Positions 27,577-41,863 of a DNA stretch of 64,000 nucleotides are shown piece after piece. How positions within the stretch are numbered: the first letter of the stretch is position 1; each line of letters opens with the position of its first letter. Where the stretch lies: positions 27,466,001 through 27,530,000 of the forward strand of contig OZ024750.1 in assembly GCA_964016885.1 (NCBI GenBank), given 5' to 3'. This DNA comes from Eledone cirrhosa. Taxonomy: Eukaryota. The position numbers and the translations under genes were made by a program. The notes below the pieces were generated by a model. The model saw only the letters and a program-made list of their open reading frames with translations. It was not told the origin of the DNA and did no database searches.

Positions 27577-27930
27577 CGGAACAAGTAAACATTAAACAAT
27601 ATTTTAAATGAATTAAAATACGATTTAAATATTAACTTCTTCTAGTGCCTTGACCGACGGTTTCGCTTATCATAAGATTGGAAATTCAGAGAATTTCCAA
27701 TGGAAGATACATTCACTGGGCAGAGGGTGATATATCTACATCTATACGGACTTATGTCTAGTAGGTTTGGAAAGGCTATCTGAAGAGCTATATCTTTCCA
27801 TTGGAAATTCTCTGAATTTCCAATCTTTTGATAAGCAACACCGTCGGTAATTGCACTAGAAGAGGTAAATATTTAAATCGTATTTTAATTTATTTAAAAG
27901 ATTGTTTAATGTTTACTTGTTCCCCACATA
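27574..27930. mobile_element. Fold-back PLE-like insert with two partial hammerheads
   Basis: 27574-27710 and about 27790-27930 are inverted; the right copy has CTGAAGA (27780) and the left copy (minus strand) has GAAA-CCGTCGG-TC. Confidence 0.65.
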
Positions 27931-27999
27931 TTTACAGTTCTGGTATCTCAAATTAGTACCATGGAAGAACCACTATTATAGACACCATATATAGACACC

Positions 28000-28185
28000 A
28001 GGCGGTGGATTGGCAGTATCGGTAGAGGGTCGGACGCCATGCTTTCCAGCATAGTTACGTCCCTTTACGATCTGAGTTCAAATCCCGCCGAGGTTGACTT
28101 TGCCTTTCATCCTTACGGGGTCGATAAATTAAAGTACCAGTAATGAACTGGTTAATTGCTGGCCTTGTGCCTAAATAGAAACAAT
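28000..28185 (+). mobile_element. SINE S1, full length, TSD TATAGACACCA
   Basis: A/B boxes, core and duplicated flank. Confidence 0.92.
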
Positions 28186-28802
28186 TATAGACACCATATA
28201 TATTTCCGTGGGTACTTAGTACCTACTGGATAGTCTATATCATTTATATATATATATATATATATATATACTGAGCGTGTATATATGTATATATACCGGT
28301 ATATACCGGTATATATATATATATATATATAAACATATATATATATATATACACACATACATATACATACATTAAAAATATGTGGGCGTGTGCGCATGTA
28401 TGTATGTTCGTATGTATGTGTGCATGTATGTATGCGTGTATGCATGTATTTATGTATGTATGCATGTATGTATGTATAAATGTATGCATGCATGTATGTA
28501 TGCATGCATATATGTGTGCATGTTTGTATGTATGTATGTATGTATGCATGCATGCATGCATGTATGTATGTATGTATGCATGTATGTATGTAAGTAGGTA
28601 TGCCTGCATGTATATATGTATATATGCATATACCATGCATACATGTATGTATGTATAAATGTATGCATGCATATATGTATGCATGCATGCATATATGTGT
28701 GCATGTTTGTATGTATGTATGCATGCATGTATGTATGTATGCATGTATGTGTGCATGCATTTATGTACGTATGTATGTATGTATGTAAGTAGGTATGCAT
28801 GC

Positions 28803-28851
<49 letters not shown>

Positions 28852-29289
28852 CCATGCATACATGTATGTATGTATGTATGTATGTATGCATGACTTCACA
28901 TTCACACAAAAGGACATAAACAAGGATATAGTAAAACTAGTATATGAGACGAGGAAATATTAGTGTAGAAATGAAAAGACTATCCCTCCAATAATTACAA
29001 CATAACATAGCTGTCATTTCCTGGTAATTCTGACCAAGTAAAATATTCTCAGAAATAGCTGGTCAGTATTAGTTAGTAGTAGCAGCTAGTAAGGTTATTC
29101 ACACACCCCGATTACTATCACTGCCATTAACTATACATCTACATTCTATACCCCCCCCTCTCTCTCTCTCTCTCTCACTCTCTCTCTCTCTCTCTCTCTC
29201 ACTCTATATAGGAACGAGTAGGACCCCGTAAATAAAACAAGTAAATCAGACAAAGTTGGAATTCCTTTTATTAACATATATACATACAT

Positions 29290-29325
<36 letters not shown>

Positions 29326-29326
<1 letters not shown>

Positions 29327-29530
29327 GTTTTAATATAGATGAGATTCTACAGGACTAGAACTGTTTCATTCATTAGAAATCATCAGGAATCTCCTGATGA
29401 TTCCTGATGATTTCTAATGAATGAAACAGTTCTAGTCCTGTAGAATCTCATCTATATTAAAACTTTTATACTCTGCTATGTATTGAGTACCTTACTTACT
29501 GTGGTTACCTCCGATTCAACCCGGAATAAC

Positions 29531-29531
<1 letters not shown>
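29326..29531. mobile_element. Family-A PLE terminus with 66-bp inverted 5' arm
   Basis: 29326-29391 is the reverse complement of 29399-29464, followed by the tail to CCGGAATAACG(TA)n; nested between an inverted pair at about 29228-29280 / 29640-29692. Confidence 0.7.
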
Positions 29532-29585
<54 letters not shown>

Positions 29586-29592
29586 TATATAG

Positions 29593-29624
<32 letters not shown>

Positions 29625-29775
29625 GTATGTATGTATATATATTAATAAAAGGAATTCCAACTTTGTCTGATTTACTCGTTTTATTTACAATCCTTTAAAA
29701 TTATAATGATATTATAATGAAATAGTATGGTAGAATATTAAATGTTAAGTGTTAATTGAACAAGTATTTTCATGT

Positions 29776-29849
<74 letters not shown>

Positions 29850-30333
29850 GATGGAATCAGTTGAAACTGGTTAAACCATTTCTCGACCGAGTACTCGTGA
29901 CGCGGCGGCTGAACTCGTGCAGTTTCAACAGCTTATCAAGACATTACCTTTCATCCTTACGGCGTCGATGAAATAAAGTACCAGTAATGCACTGGGTAAT
30001 TTGCTGGCCTTGTGCCTAAAGCAGAAACAATTATTACATTACTAGTAGCAAGTAATGTTATCCACAACTCCCATTACCGTTATTACAATCACCACCATTA
30101 ACTATACAACTACATCTACACCCTATAAATTATATACTATAAATCATATATTAGATATTATACACTATATATATTATATATATACACTGCTATTATTCAA
30201 CACCACTGTGATAGTAAACCGTTAAATACCACACAACTAAACCACATTACCTAACACATTCCTGCCTTACTACTACAACAAATACTGCTACTACTACTAT
30301 TACTACTACTACTACTACTACTACTACAACTGG

Positions 30334-30416
<83 letters not shown>

Positions 30417-30480
30417 TTTAAAGTATAATATAATACATACTATTTAAAGTATAATATAATACATGTGTGTGCGTATTATG

Positions 30481-30513
<33 letters not shown>

Positions 30514-30558
30514 CCCGCAACCACTCCCTCTTAGTCCCCCTTAGATATTTATATATAT

Positions 30559-30589
<31 letters not shown>

Positions 30590-30597
30590 CATACACT

Positions 30598-30637
<40 letters not shown>

Positions 30638-30667
30638 GATAGATAGATAGATAGATACATACATACA

Positions 30668-30709
<42 letters not shown>

Positions 30710-31860
30710 TATATCCACGTACACACACATATATATATACACATACATATACTTATATATATATTCAGAAACTAGGTCTGACGTCATTTGTTTTTCTGTT
30801 GTATGACCTAAATTCCTGTCCTACTGGTGGTACTCAAGTTCTGACACTGTGTTTCGCGCGTTTTTCTATTTCACCGCCCCAACACCACCCTATACATACA
30901 CTACACTACATTACACTACACTAAACTACACACGTACACAGACACACACAGGCACACAGACACGTACATCTACACTCACACACACACACACACAGACACA
31001 CAGAGACACGTACACACATATAGACACACGCACGCACAGAGACACATACACAGACACACAGACACACACACACACACACACACAGACACACGCACGCACA
31101 GAGACACGTACATACGCACGCACACACACACACACACACACAGGCACACGCACGCACACATACCTACACACATACATGTCCTCCATCCCACACCTACCTT
31201 TAAACCCCCCCCCCCCTTCCCCCACCCCCACCCATCCACACCCAAACCCCACCCCGTCCTATCCTCTCCCCGGCTCACTTGTCCCTGATAGTTTGGTTGT
31301 TTGTTTGTTTGTTGCGTTTTTCGTTTATTTTTTGTCATTTACTTCTTTTTCTTCTTTTTCTTTCCTTTCCTATTTTATTTCATTTCATTTTATTTTATTT
31401 CTTTTCATAAATAATATGGTGAAATAGAAGAAAAGCCAGTAAATGTGGGGAGAGGGGAGAGAAGGTGTTGGGATAGCGATGAGTGAGTGAATGTGTATTG
31501 GGTGGAGGGAGGATGGAGGAAGGGCTAAACTTGGGGAGGGTAAGGCTAAAGTTTGTCAAAGTTTTAAGCAGCTCAAAACTTTTCCCTAACTTTTAAAGAT
31601 TACGACTGATTCCTTCTCTTATTTCTGTCTTGTTGTTGTTGTTGTTGTTCTTCTTCTTCTTCTTTTTCTTCTTGTCAACGCTGGTCTCTAATTTACCCCC
31701 ACCTAACATCTACTGCAGAGTTTGTTTCCTCCCCCCTCCACCTCTCTCTCTCTCCGTCTCTCTCTCTCTCTCTCCTAACTTCATCTATTTATCTATTTAT
31801 TTTTATTCTTTCGTGCTGTTGAAACTGGTGACAATAGTAGATAATTCATTATTATTATTT

Positions 31861-32070
31861 CCCGCCGAGGTTGACTTTGCCTTTCATCCTTACGGGGTCG
31901 ATAAAATAAAGTACCAGTAATGCAACTGGTTATTTGCTGGCCTTGTGCCTAAAGTAGAAACCATTATTATGGGGTCGATAAAATAAAGTACCAATCACGC
32001 ACTAGGGTTGATTTAATCATCTTTCCCATTCCCCAAAATTGCTGGCCTTGTGCCTAAAATAGAAACAATT
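31861..32070 (+). mobile_element. SINE S1 3' fragments, tandem
   Basis: Two cores/tails. Confidence 0.85.
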
Positions 32071-32129
32071 ATTGTTATTATCTTACAACCTTTGAATGTT
32101 TGTGTATCTGTGCGTGAGTATATATTATG

Positions 32130-32535
32130 TCAGGTCGCTCTTCAGCGCTACTGGTAACATGTAACCCAGTACAACCTGTGCATTGTCGGGTCGTTGGTGA
32201 CTAAACCGGCAAATCCACTAAGCTTGCTTAGTGAGGAGGGTGATTTTGGACACCCTGCGGGATGAAAAACAAAATCTATCAAAGGGTGGAGGTACTCATA
32301 AGAGTCAACAGCCATCTTTTCTTTTTGTGGGGCGAGAGACTCCTAGGCTTCATTAAGACATCTCTATAGGTGAAGGTCACTCTGTTATAAAACCTGCGAC
32401 TTCGTTTGCATCCAATGGCATCGACCAGTTCTTCTTTTTGGGCAAATGCATTCGATGTTTAGAGAGTGGGATTAGTCACGTGCAAAGCCTTTCCTCACTT
32501 AAAAAAGCTTCAAGCACAGGCATCGCTTGATGTGA
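32130..32535 (+). mobile_element. Older, diverged relative of the non-autonomous RTE element
   Basis: GTCGGGTCGTTGGTGACTAAAC..GAGGAGGGTG..TTGGACACCCT aligns to the reverse complement of about 7420-7779. Confidence 0.7.
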
Positions 32536-32929
32536 CATGTTTTACAGTTTGAAAAAATCCAATAACATCTTCGAGAAATATTTTCTTTACTTGATACAGA
32601 AGGACGACCGGATGCATGGTGTGTTTCATCGACGGTCGGCCCCACGCGTCTGGTCCGCTCTCTGTATCAAGAACAAGTCCGCAGTATGGAACGCCGCCAA
32701 CAGTTCGGATTAATGCCTTACAGTTGTGTGTTAAATAAAAATGCTTAATTATCAGGTCTTGTTACCCACCTCAACGGAAGTTCCTTTTTCTGCTTTTCTG
32801 CTGACCATTTCAACAACAGGTCCGCAGTAAAATACTCTGTCAACAGATCATCTCAACAAGCTCGGAGGTAATGCTCTACAGTTATGTATTAAATGCTTAC
32901 TTATCAGAGCAGGAAACTATAACCTAAGT

Positions 32930-33842
32930 CAATGGTCGCCAACATTTCGGACCTCGTGGACCACTAAATTTATAATTTAAAATCCCGTGGACCACAAATA
33001 TGATTTTAAAAAAAGAAGATAAATACATTTGTAAATTAATGATCAGAGAACTTCCATTTTATTAAATATGAAATGCACCTGGTAAAACATTCTTTGTGGG
33101 GTTATAAAGTATATTTTAACTGAATATTATTATTGCTTTATGGCGGTAGATTGGCTGTTTTTGTAGAGGGTCGGACGCCATGCTTTGCAGTATAGAGTTA
33201 CGGCCCTTTATGATCTGAGTACAAATCCCGCCGAGGTTAAATTTGCCTTTCATCCTTACGGGGTCGATAAAATAAAGTACCAGTCACGCACTGGGGTCGA
33301 TTTAATCGACTTTCCCCTCCCCCCAAATTGCTGTCATTGAGCCTATATAAGAAGCCATTGGTAGTGGATTGGCAGTATCGGTAGAGGGTCGGACGCCATG
33401 CTTTTCAACAAAGAGTTACGGCCCTTTATGACCTGAGTTCAAATCCCGCCGAGGTTAACTTTGCCTTTCATCGTTACGAGGTCGATAAAATAAAGTACCA
33501 GTAATACACTGAGATAATTGCTGGCCTTGTGCCAAAAGTAGAAACAATTATTAATAAAATATAAAAATCGCAAATAATTGTTTCTACTTTTGGCACAAGG
33601 CCAGCAATTACCCAGTGTGTTACTGGTACTTTATTTTATCGACCACGTAAGGATGAAAGGCAAAGTTAACCTTGGCAGGATTTGAACTCAGAATGGCAAG
33701 GGCCGTAACTCTATGCGTCAAAGCATGGCGTCCGACCCTCTACCGATACTGCCAATCCCCCGCCATAAAAATCGCAAATAATGACCAAATTTTTCTGCGA
33801 ACCACCAACATTTTCTCTCGGTTCACCGGTTGGTGAGCGTTG
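32930..33842. mobile_element. hAT (Charlie-like) non-autonomous element containing three nested S1 SINEs
   Basis: TIRs CAATGGTCGCCAAC / GTTGGTGAGCGTTG; 8-bp TSD ACCTAAGT / ATCTAAGT; SINEs at about 33141-33356 (+), 33360-33549 (+) and 33575-33765 (-, TSD ATAAAAATCGCAAATAAT). Confidence 0.75.
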
Positions 33843-34147
33843 ATCTAAGTAACAATCTACGCTGTATGAACACGGATTAATACCGATGATGTTTTATCCC
33901 TATTTCTATTGTTTTGACAGTCATTTCGTTCCTTATATTCTTTTTATTAGCTGCAGACGGTGCTTGCTATTGTCTCATTATAATAGGGTGTGGTTTGTTG
34001 AATACAATTCTTTCGAAACACAAGTTGGATACACTCCAACATAAAATGCCAACTAAGATATTTTTTTATTGCGCTGGATGATGTATAAAATGTTTCCGTT
34101 TTATTAGTTATATATATTAGTTGTATATATGTATGTATGTATATACA

Positions 34148-34261
<114 letters not shown>

Positions 34262-34491
34262 GGTGTGTATTTATTCAATTAAAGTTGGTTGATTGAAAAT
34301 CTGCCGACTTTTTCTTAACAGATGTCAAGCACTCCACGATTTTTGTTCATCCGGAATTTTATTATAATAATTAAATAAGAAAGACGGTTTCATTATCAAA
34401 TTAAATGAAAACCTCAATTAACAATAGTCCCACGGACTGAGAGCTCTACCACTACGGATATTACCTTCCAGTGTTCTACCACTATATATAC

Positions 34492-34547
<56 letters not shown>

Positions 34548-34755
34548 TAAACGGAATAGAAAATGCTGACAAATTGTTCACAGTGAAAAATAGTTTAATT
34601 AGGAATAAGTGATAATTAGTAATAGTATTGGTTAGTATTAAGTTTTGGTTTTAAGTTTTACCGGTTGCGCATTTCTAATGCTTTTCAAAAATAATTTTGA
34701 GATAGAGCGTCCGTGATGTTTGCTCTAATCTGTATATATATATATATATATATAC

Positions 34756-34833
<78 letters not shown>

Positions 34834-35154
34834 ATACATAAAAATGTATAAAATGTGTATATATATATATACGTACACACAGGTGTATCTCCGTGTGTGT
34901 ATTTATGTATGCTTATATCAATTAATCTATCCATTGAAGACTAAATAAATTTCTGCCTAGTTGTTATAGAAAATTGCTGAATCATATATCTAACTGTAAT
35001 GTCATTGACAGTGAAACCAAATAAAAACACAAATTCTGTTCTTCATGTCACATAAACTACCCTATCCCCTCCACATACACACACAACGCGCGCGCACGCA
35101 CACACGCACGCACACGCACACACACATTTATACATTCACATTCAGACATTAAAT

Positions 35155-35191
<37 letters not shown>

Positions 35192-35235
35192 ATATATATG
35201 TGTGTGTGTATGTATGTATGTGTGTATATATATAT

Positions 35236-35850
35236 CATCATCATCATCATCATCAGGTTTAGCGTCCGTGTTCCACGCTTGCATGGGTTTGGACGGGGGT
35301 TTTCCCACTTGAGGCAAGAGTGGATGTCTTGCTCGCATAGGACTGTCTGGCGGGTTTTCTACAGTTGGATGCCCTTCCTAACACCAACCACATTTACAGT
35401 GTGGGGCTGGGAGGTTTTTACCGTGTTGCCTACACGGCCACATTACAGCGTGGACTGTCTGGCTGGTTTTCTACAGCTGGATGCCCTTCCTAACACCAAC
35501 CACATTTACAGTGTGGGGCTGGGAGGTTTTTACCGTGTTGCCTACACGGCCACATTTACAGCGTGGATTGTGTGTTTTTTGTCGTGACACCTACACGATC
35601 TCATTTGTTTCGGCCTGGATGTTGTGGGACCAACATAACTTTACATTGAAAGGGGCGGTGTGGGTGGGGTGGAGGTGGTGGGACGGGGGTGTGTTTTGAT
35701 AGAGGTGCCTACTGACTGTAGTAGGTTTTTACTTTGTATTTAGGTAAGGCGGGTCTTCTCTATTACTGAGTACCGCCAAAGGTCTCGGTCCAGTGACATT
35801 GTCTTGGAGAGGTGTAAGCGTGTGAGGTCGGAATTTATCAGCTCGTCCCA
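35236..35850 (-). mobile_element. RTE-related non-autonomous repeat with (GAT)n tail and ~111-bp internal tandem duplication
   Basis: Minus-strand GGTTGGTGTTAGGAAGGGCATCC motif twice; ends GCGTGGAACACGGACGCTAAACCTGATGATGATG. Confidence 0.6.
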
Positions 35851-36164
35851 TGTTTTATATATATGTATATATATATATATTGAGTATATGTTGGTTGTTT
35901 ACCGACACCTTAGTATGCAGATTGGAGCACTCGACGAAGTACGCAGGTTGGTTTGTTTACTCCATAGTAATGTGAAATATAATTAAGTCAAATAGGTAAA
36001 CTTTGGCTTCGTTTATTATAAATTATAGATATGCTGCTATATATCATATGATTCCAGTTCCTTATAGAAATAACAACGCAACCAGGAGCTGGACATATAG
36101 GATTATTGACTGAGTAAAACACACTTAAACAACATGTGTACCCGTCTCTACCACACCAATTCGG

Positions 36165-36219
36165 ACTGCCTGAAGACGTCACAGCCAATGATGACTGTCA
36201 CCGAAATATCTATAGCAGT
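36165..36219 (+). ncRNA. Minimal hammerhead (homolog of 53628)
   Basis: ACTGC-CTGAAGA-CGTCACAGCCA..TGACTGTCACC-GAAA-TATCTA-TA-GCAGT; lies within an insert with inverted ends at about 35984-36018 / 36240-36275. Confidence 0.7.
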
Positions 36220-36274
36220 ATCTCTATAGCAGTATAGCTATAAACGAAGCCAAATTTTACCTATTTGACTTACT

Positions 36275-36315
<41 letters not shown>

Positions 36316-36390
36316 TTAAAAACCAAAAACTAAAACAATAACGAAGAGTGCAGTACAAACACTGTTAGTCTTCGGGTCACGCTTGGGAAT

Positions 36391-36506
<116 letters not shown>

Positions 36507-36974
36507 GTATGAATCGACGTTCTAGTCGCAATGTAGCAGATACCAATCGAAGTGTTTGAGGCAGTTTCAAAGCCCACAATGGCGACGAGAAAATTTAATT
36601 TTTGTGTGAACATCAAGTTAAGAAAGTGTGACACCAAGAAAAGCGAATAAATGCATGTGGCCATAGTTATACCACAACCACGATAAATACAAACATGTCG
36701 AATAGTAACCCGGACCATCTGGAGTAGATAGGAATCGATAGAAATCGATAAAAATCTTCGACAGATTTCTTTAATTTTAAAAGACTTTCATCGCTGAATC
36801 ACTATAAGATTTATTTATCCACGTCAGGAAATGTTTAGCGGTTGGATAGACCTATGCCAAATTTTAAAAAAAGCATTCATTTTAGTTGGAGACGCCCTAA
36901 AAACTGTTAGAATTTGAAGGAACAGATATGAATGTAAGGGTATATTTTTTCTTAGGTGATGAAAAGAAAAATAT

Positions 36975-37205
36975 GCTCGAGCAGGGTGGTCACTCATACC
37001 CAGAAATTTTCCGAGATGAAGCTATCTCTGAAAGGTCGGACAGTGGCGAATGCGTACATCGCGTCCTTTATCTAGAGACCGTCTTACTGTCGTACTTTGC
37101 CCTGTTCTACGTTTTACGGCCGTACTTTGTTCAGGTTTACGTTTTATTGCCGTAAATTGCCCTGGTCCACATCTTGCTGTCGTCCCTTGCACTGGTCCAC
37201 GTCAT
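36975..37205 (-). mobile_element. Decayed RTE fragment with a 30-bp tandem expansion
   Basis: Minus strand gives repeated YGNKT/YGRKT/YDSKT (compare RTE YGSETW), then RIR..EIASSRKISG..TLLE (compare RIQAAEMGFLRRVSGVTLLD). Confidence 0.45.
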
Positions 37206-37829
37206 CCCTCTTTCTTTCTTCCTTTGTCTAAAAGTCCTTGCTCTTTCCCTCATTTTCCTATTGTCGAAATAAACAAAATGGAAGTCTTTGTGGAAATGAA
37301 TTTGTAGCCAACTATTTCTGGATATTGGTGTCTGAGTTGAAATAATTGTTTATACTTTTGGCACAAGGCCAGCAATTTAAATAGAAGTGGAACGTCGACC
37401 CGAGTGGGTTACTGGTACCTTATTTTATCGACCACGTAAACATGAAAGGCAGAATTTACTTCTGCAAGATTTGAACTCAGAACATAAAGGACATGTTGTT
37501 CGATGCTCTTCCGAGTACTGCCCATCCACCACCTTCATATATTGTCTTCAAATAAAAAGATTGATTGTACCTTTCATAGAAGTAGAGAAAATAAAAAGCC
37601 TTAAGAAACTAACGTTGACCGGTTTTCGTGTTTTAATTTTCAGTTCGTTTCATATTTACTTGAGCTTTTCATTAGCAAACGTTTTGTTTTGTGATTTTCA
37701 ATGTAACATATGTTCACATATAACAATAGATGTGTGTATTATTTATCTGTGTTGTGTCTATTTCCGTACCTGAAACCTGCAAGGTAAGTTGTATTGTTTC
37801 ATTAGCTATTGTATTGTTTAGTATTATTG

Positions 37830-37895
<66 letters not shown>

Positions 37896-38780
37896 CTGGG
37901 TATTGGTGTACTTTCTAACATCAATCCAAATGACTGAAGGAAGAGCGACAATGATCTGTTGTATTGTAAATTACTGTACACTAATCAAACATCGATAGAA
38001 ATCGGTCAATACAATATTGTATGTGAAACTGGGATTATAGTAAAGGTAGCTATTGAAAGTCACATTAATCCTACTCTCCTTTATTTGAAGCACTTTAGGA
38101 AACTGTGGATAGTTTCCAATAAATGTGACTTTAATTTCCAGTTTCATGCTCCAGCTTAGCCGTGGTCTAATGACTTAAGACAGCGAAAGAAGAAAGTAAT
38201 AAAAGAATAAAAGAATCAATGCACCAATGATTTCCAATTCCATTTTTTTACAGATAATCGAATTGTTCCGATTGCAGTGTTTCGATTAAGGAAAGTATTA
38301 TCAGATTTGGAAATTTGAAATAAAAAAGACAATTAACAAACAAACAAATGAGATAATGGTTTCTAATTTAGGCATAAGACCATTAAATCGACCCCAATGC
38401 GTCACTGGTACTTTATTTTATCGGCCCCGTAAGGATGAAAGACAAAGTTAACCTCGGCGGAATTTGAACTCAGACCATAAAGAGCCGGAACTCTTTGCTG
38501 AAAGTTGATTTGAAATGTTTATCTGTATGAAATACACATTCGTATATTTTAAAGAGTTATTTGATCTTTAAGCAAAAGTTAAGACGAATAACGAAAAGAA
38601 GAATCTTTCAACAGGTTAGATGCAAAATTGAAATCAAAGTAATGAAAAAGATGTGATATAATAAGATGAAATAGTGACTTGTTATGTCTGTTGATATTTA
38701 ACAGGTTTCCTCCAACAGAACATAAATACACACGTCAAATAACACACACCCGGTTTCAACACTTCTTGCAGGCTTCCATT

Positions 38781-38835
<55 letters not shown>

Positions 38836-38837
38836 AA

Positions 38838-38907
<70 letters not shown>

Positions 38908-39060
38908 CACACACATATATGTATATATATAAGTAAATATGTGTGTGTATATATATATATATATCATATATGTGTATATTTATTTATATATATAAACGTA
39001 AATATGTGTGTATATATATTAACGTAAATATATATATGTATATATATATGTGTGTGTATA

Positions 39061-39136
<76 letters not shown>

Positions 39137-39286
39137 GGTTGATGCAGCTTTATTTAAACAAAAGCTTTCTGATCTACAGTTCAATAAATAAACACAAAGC
39201 TGCCAAAAGTCTAAATAAACCGTAGATAAACAAATGGAAAGAATTATCTATACCTTACTGCAGACACACACATACACATACACTCA

Positions 39287-39372
<86 letters not shown>

Positions 39373-39449
39373 CATGTGTGTGTATGTGAGTCCCGGTGGT
39401 AACTACAGTTTGTAATGTAGTCAATACGTTAGTAGAGTGCAATCATCAA

Positions 39450-39671
<222 letters not shown>

Positions 39672-39856
39672 ACAAAGGAAGTGTGGTAAGGAACCAGGTG
39701 GACCATAACGCACCAGAGTACTCGATACTTAGGGTAGTAGAGTGGGTAATAGCAAAAATAGTCAGGACCCCGACGGCAGAGCTCAATCCGTTTCAAGTAT
39801 TGAGTACTCTGTTGCGTTATGGTCGATCTGGTTCCTTACTACAACTCCTTCGTTAT
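39672..39856. mobile_element. Fold-back TA-embedded insert, same family as 26858-27081 and about 16465-16535
   Basis: AAGGAAGTGTGGTAAGGAACCAG..AGTACTC has an inverted copy at about 39797-39856; the break lies at GAGCTCAATCCGTTTC. Confidence 0.65.
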
Positions 39857-39939
39857 ATATATATACATATATATATACATATATATATATGTGTGTGTGT
39901 GATTGTGTATTGAGTGTGTATGTTTATGGATCAACGTAG

Positions 39940-39978
<39 letters not shown>

Positions 39979-40203
39979 TATAAGGGCATGATTACTGAGG
40001 TCAGCTGGTATAGTGTGAATTTATTCAAGTGGAAGCTCAACTTACTTGACACGGTCTTAGCAACAAACGCTCTATAATTAGAGCTACAAACATATAATAT
40101 AGATTATCTCGTCTGTCCGGAGCTTCTAACAATACAATGTCTGAAGTTAACAACCTCTGATGAACTATATGATATAATGAATTATTGAACAGACCCTGCC
40201 AGG

Positions 40204-40272
<69 letters not shown>

Positions 40273-40311
40273 GCTACTACTACCACCACCACCACCACCA
40301 CAACAACAACA

Positions 40312-40355
<44 letters not shown>

Positions 40356-40401
40356 CACCACCACCACCACCACCACTACAACTACCACCACCACAACAAC
40401 A

Positions 40402-40433
<32 letters not shown>

Positions 40434-40453
40434 AACTACTACTACTACAACTC

Positions 40454-40499
<46 letters not shown>

Positions 40500-41100
40500 C
40501 ACCACCACCACCACCACCACCACCACCACTACAACAGCAGCAACTACTACTACTACTACTACTACTACTATTACTACTACTACTATAACAACTACAATAA
40601 CAATAACTACTACCACTAGTCAATTGGCAGAATCGGTAGAGGGCCGGACGCCTTGCTTTGACGCATAGAGTTACTGCCCTTGCCATTCTGAGTTCAAATC
40701 CCGCCGAGGTTAACTTTGCCTTTCATCCTTACGGGGGGGGGGTCGATAAAATAAAGTACCAGTAATGTACTGGGTAATTGCTGGCCTTGTGCCAAATGTA
40801 GAAACAATTACTACCACAACAACCACCACTATCACCACCACCACCACCACCACCGCCACCAACACTACTACCACCATTATAACCACAACAACCACCACCA
40901 CCACCACCACCGCTAACACCACCACCACCAACACTACTACCACCATTATAACCACAACAACCACCACCACCACCACTAACACCACCACCACCAACACTAC
41001 TACCACCATTACTACCACAACAACCACCACCACCACCACCACCACCACCACCAACACTACTACCACCATGACTACCACAACAACCACCACTATCACCACC
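40204..41100. repeat. (CTA/CCA/CAA)n triplet low-complexity region interrupted by SINE S1 (40621-40809, +)
   Basis: Direct reading. Confidence 0.9.
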
Positions 41101-41649
41101 ATTTGTTTGTGTGTGTGTGTGTGTGTGTGTAGGTGTGTATATGTGTGTGTGTATGTATGTGTATATGTGTGTTTATAAATAAGTTAGAGGTGCTCAGGTG
41201 CATTGCCTGAATATGATACACCATTGTTTTACGTGTTGTCAAAAATGATTTCTAATCGAAATATTCTGTCAGTGTGAAGACATGTAATGTGAAAGAAAAC
41301 GATAGTACAATTAGGAATAATTACCTATATTTCACCGGGTTTGACATTTTGAAAAGAAATCAACTTGGAAGGCATCAGTTTAAATGGGAAAAATCCGAAT
41401 CCCTGATCTCTCATATTACCTTATCAGCTGTACTGTTGGAAATGTAGACGTTTTTCAAAATATATCGTATTTCAGATTTAATGATAAACGGGTCTTTTCT
41501 CTTTTCCCAGAAGCCATATTTTTGTGAAAATATTAAAATAAAACAAGGAATATAATTATGAAGAATATATAAAACTATGTTATTTGTGTTGGTGCTCTGA
41601 AATAGCGATGTATTCATGAATGTATGTATAGTATATTTTCCTAACGAAC

Positions 41650-41863
41650 GATCGACTTTCGTCAAATCGAACCGAGGAAACAGTGTTTCCATTGGTCTTT
41701 CCAATTGCTAATACTATCTATCGGTCGCAACTCCAGGTAGAAGGAGCAACGTGAAATAAAGTGTCTTGCTCAAGGACATAATGGATTGCCCGGTCCAGGA
41801 ATCGAACTCACAACCTCACGATTGCGAATCAAGTTCTCTAACAACTCAGCCACACGCCTTCAC
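41650..41863 (-). mobile_element. SINE S2 variant, full length
   Basis: Minus strand GTGAAGGCGTGTGGCTGAGTTGTTAGAG head and GAGTTCGATTCC B-box. Confidence 0.85.

Noticed and set aside
28000-28090. tRNA genes at SINE heads
   Set aside because: A/B boxes are present but there is no complete cloverleaf, and they are always fused to SINE bodies with TSDs.
32133-32275. HDV-like ribozyme at the 5' end of the RTE derivative (GGTCGCT..GGTGACT as P1)
   Set aside because: I could not place P3/L3/P1.1 convincingly; it needs a covariance-model search.
37050-37307. Plus-strand ORF with 10-aa Cys-containing repeats
   Set aside because: Better explained as a 30-bp tandem expansion within a decayed minus-strand RTE fragment.
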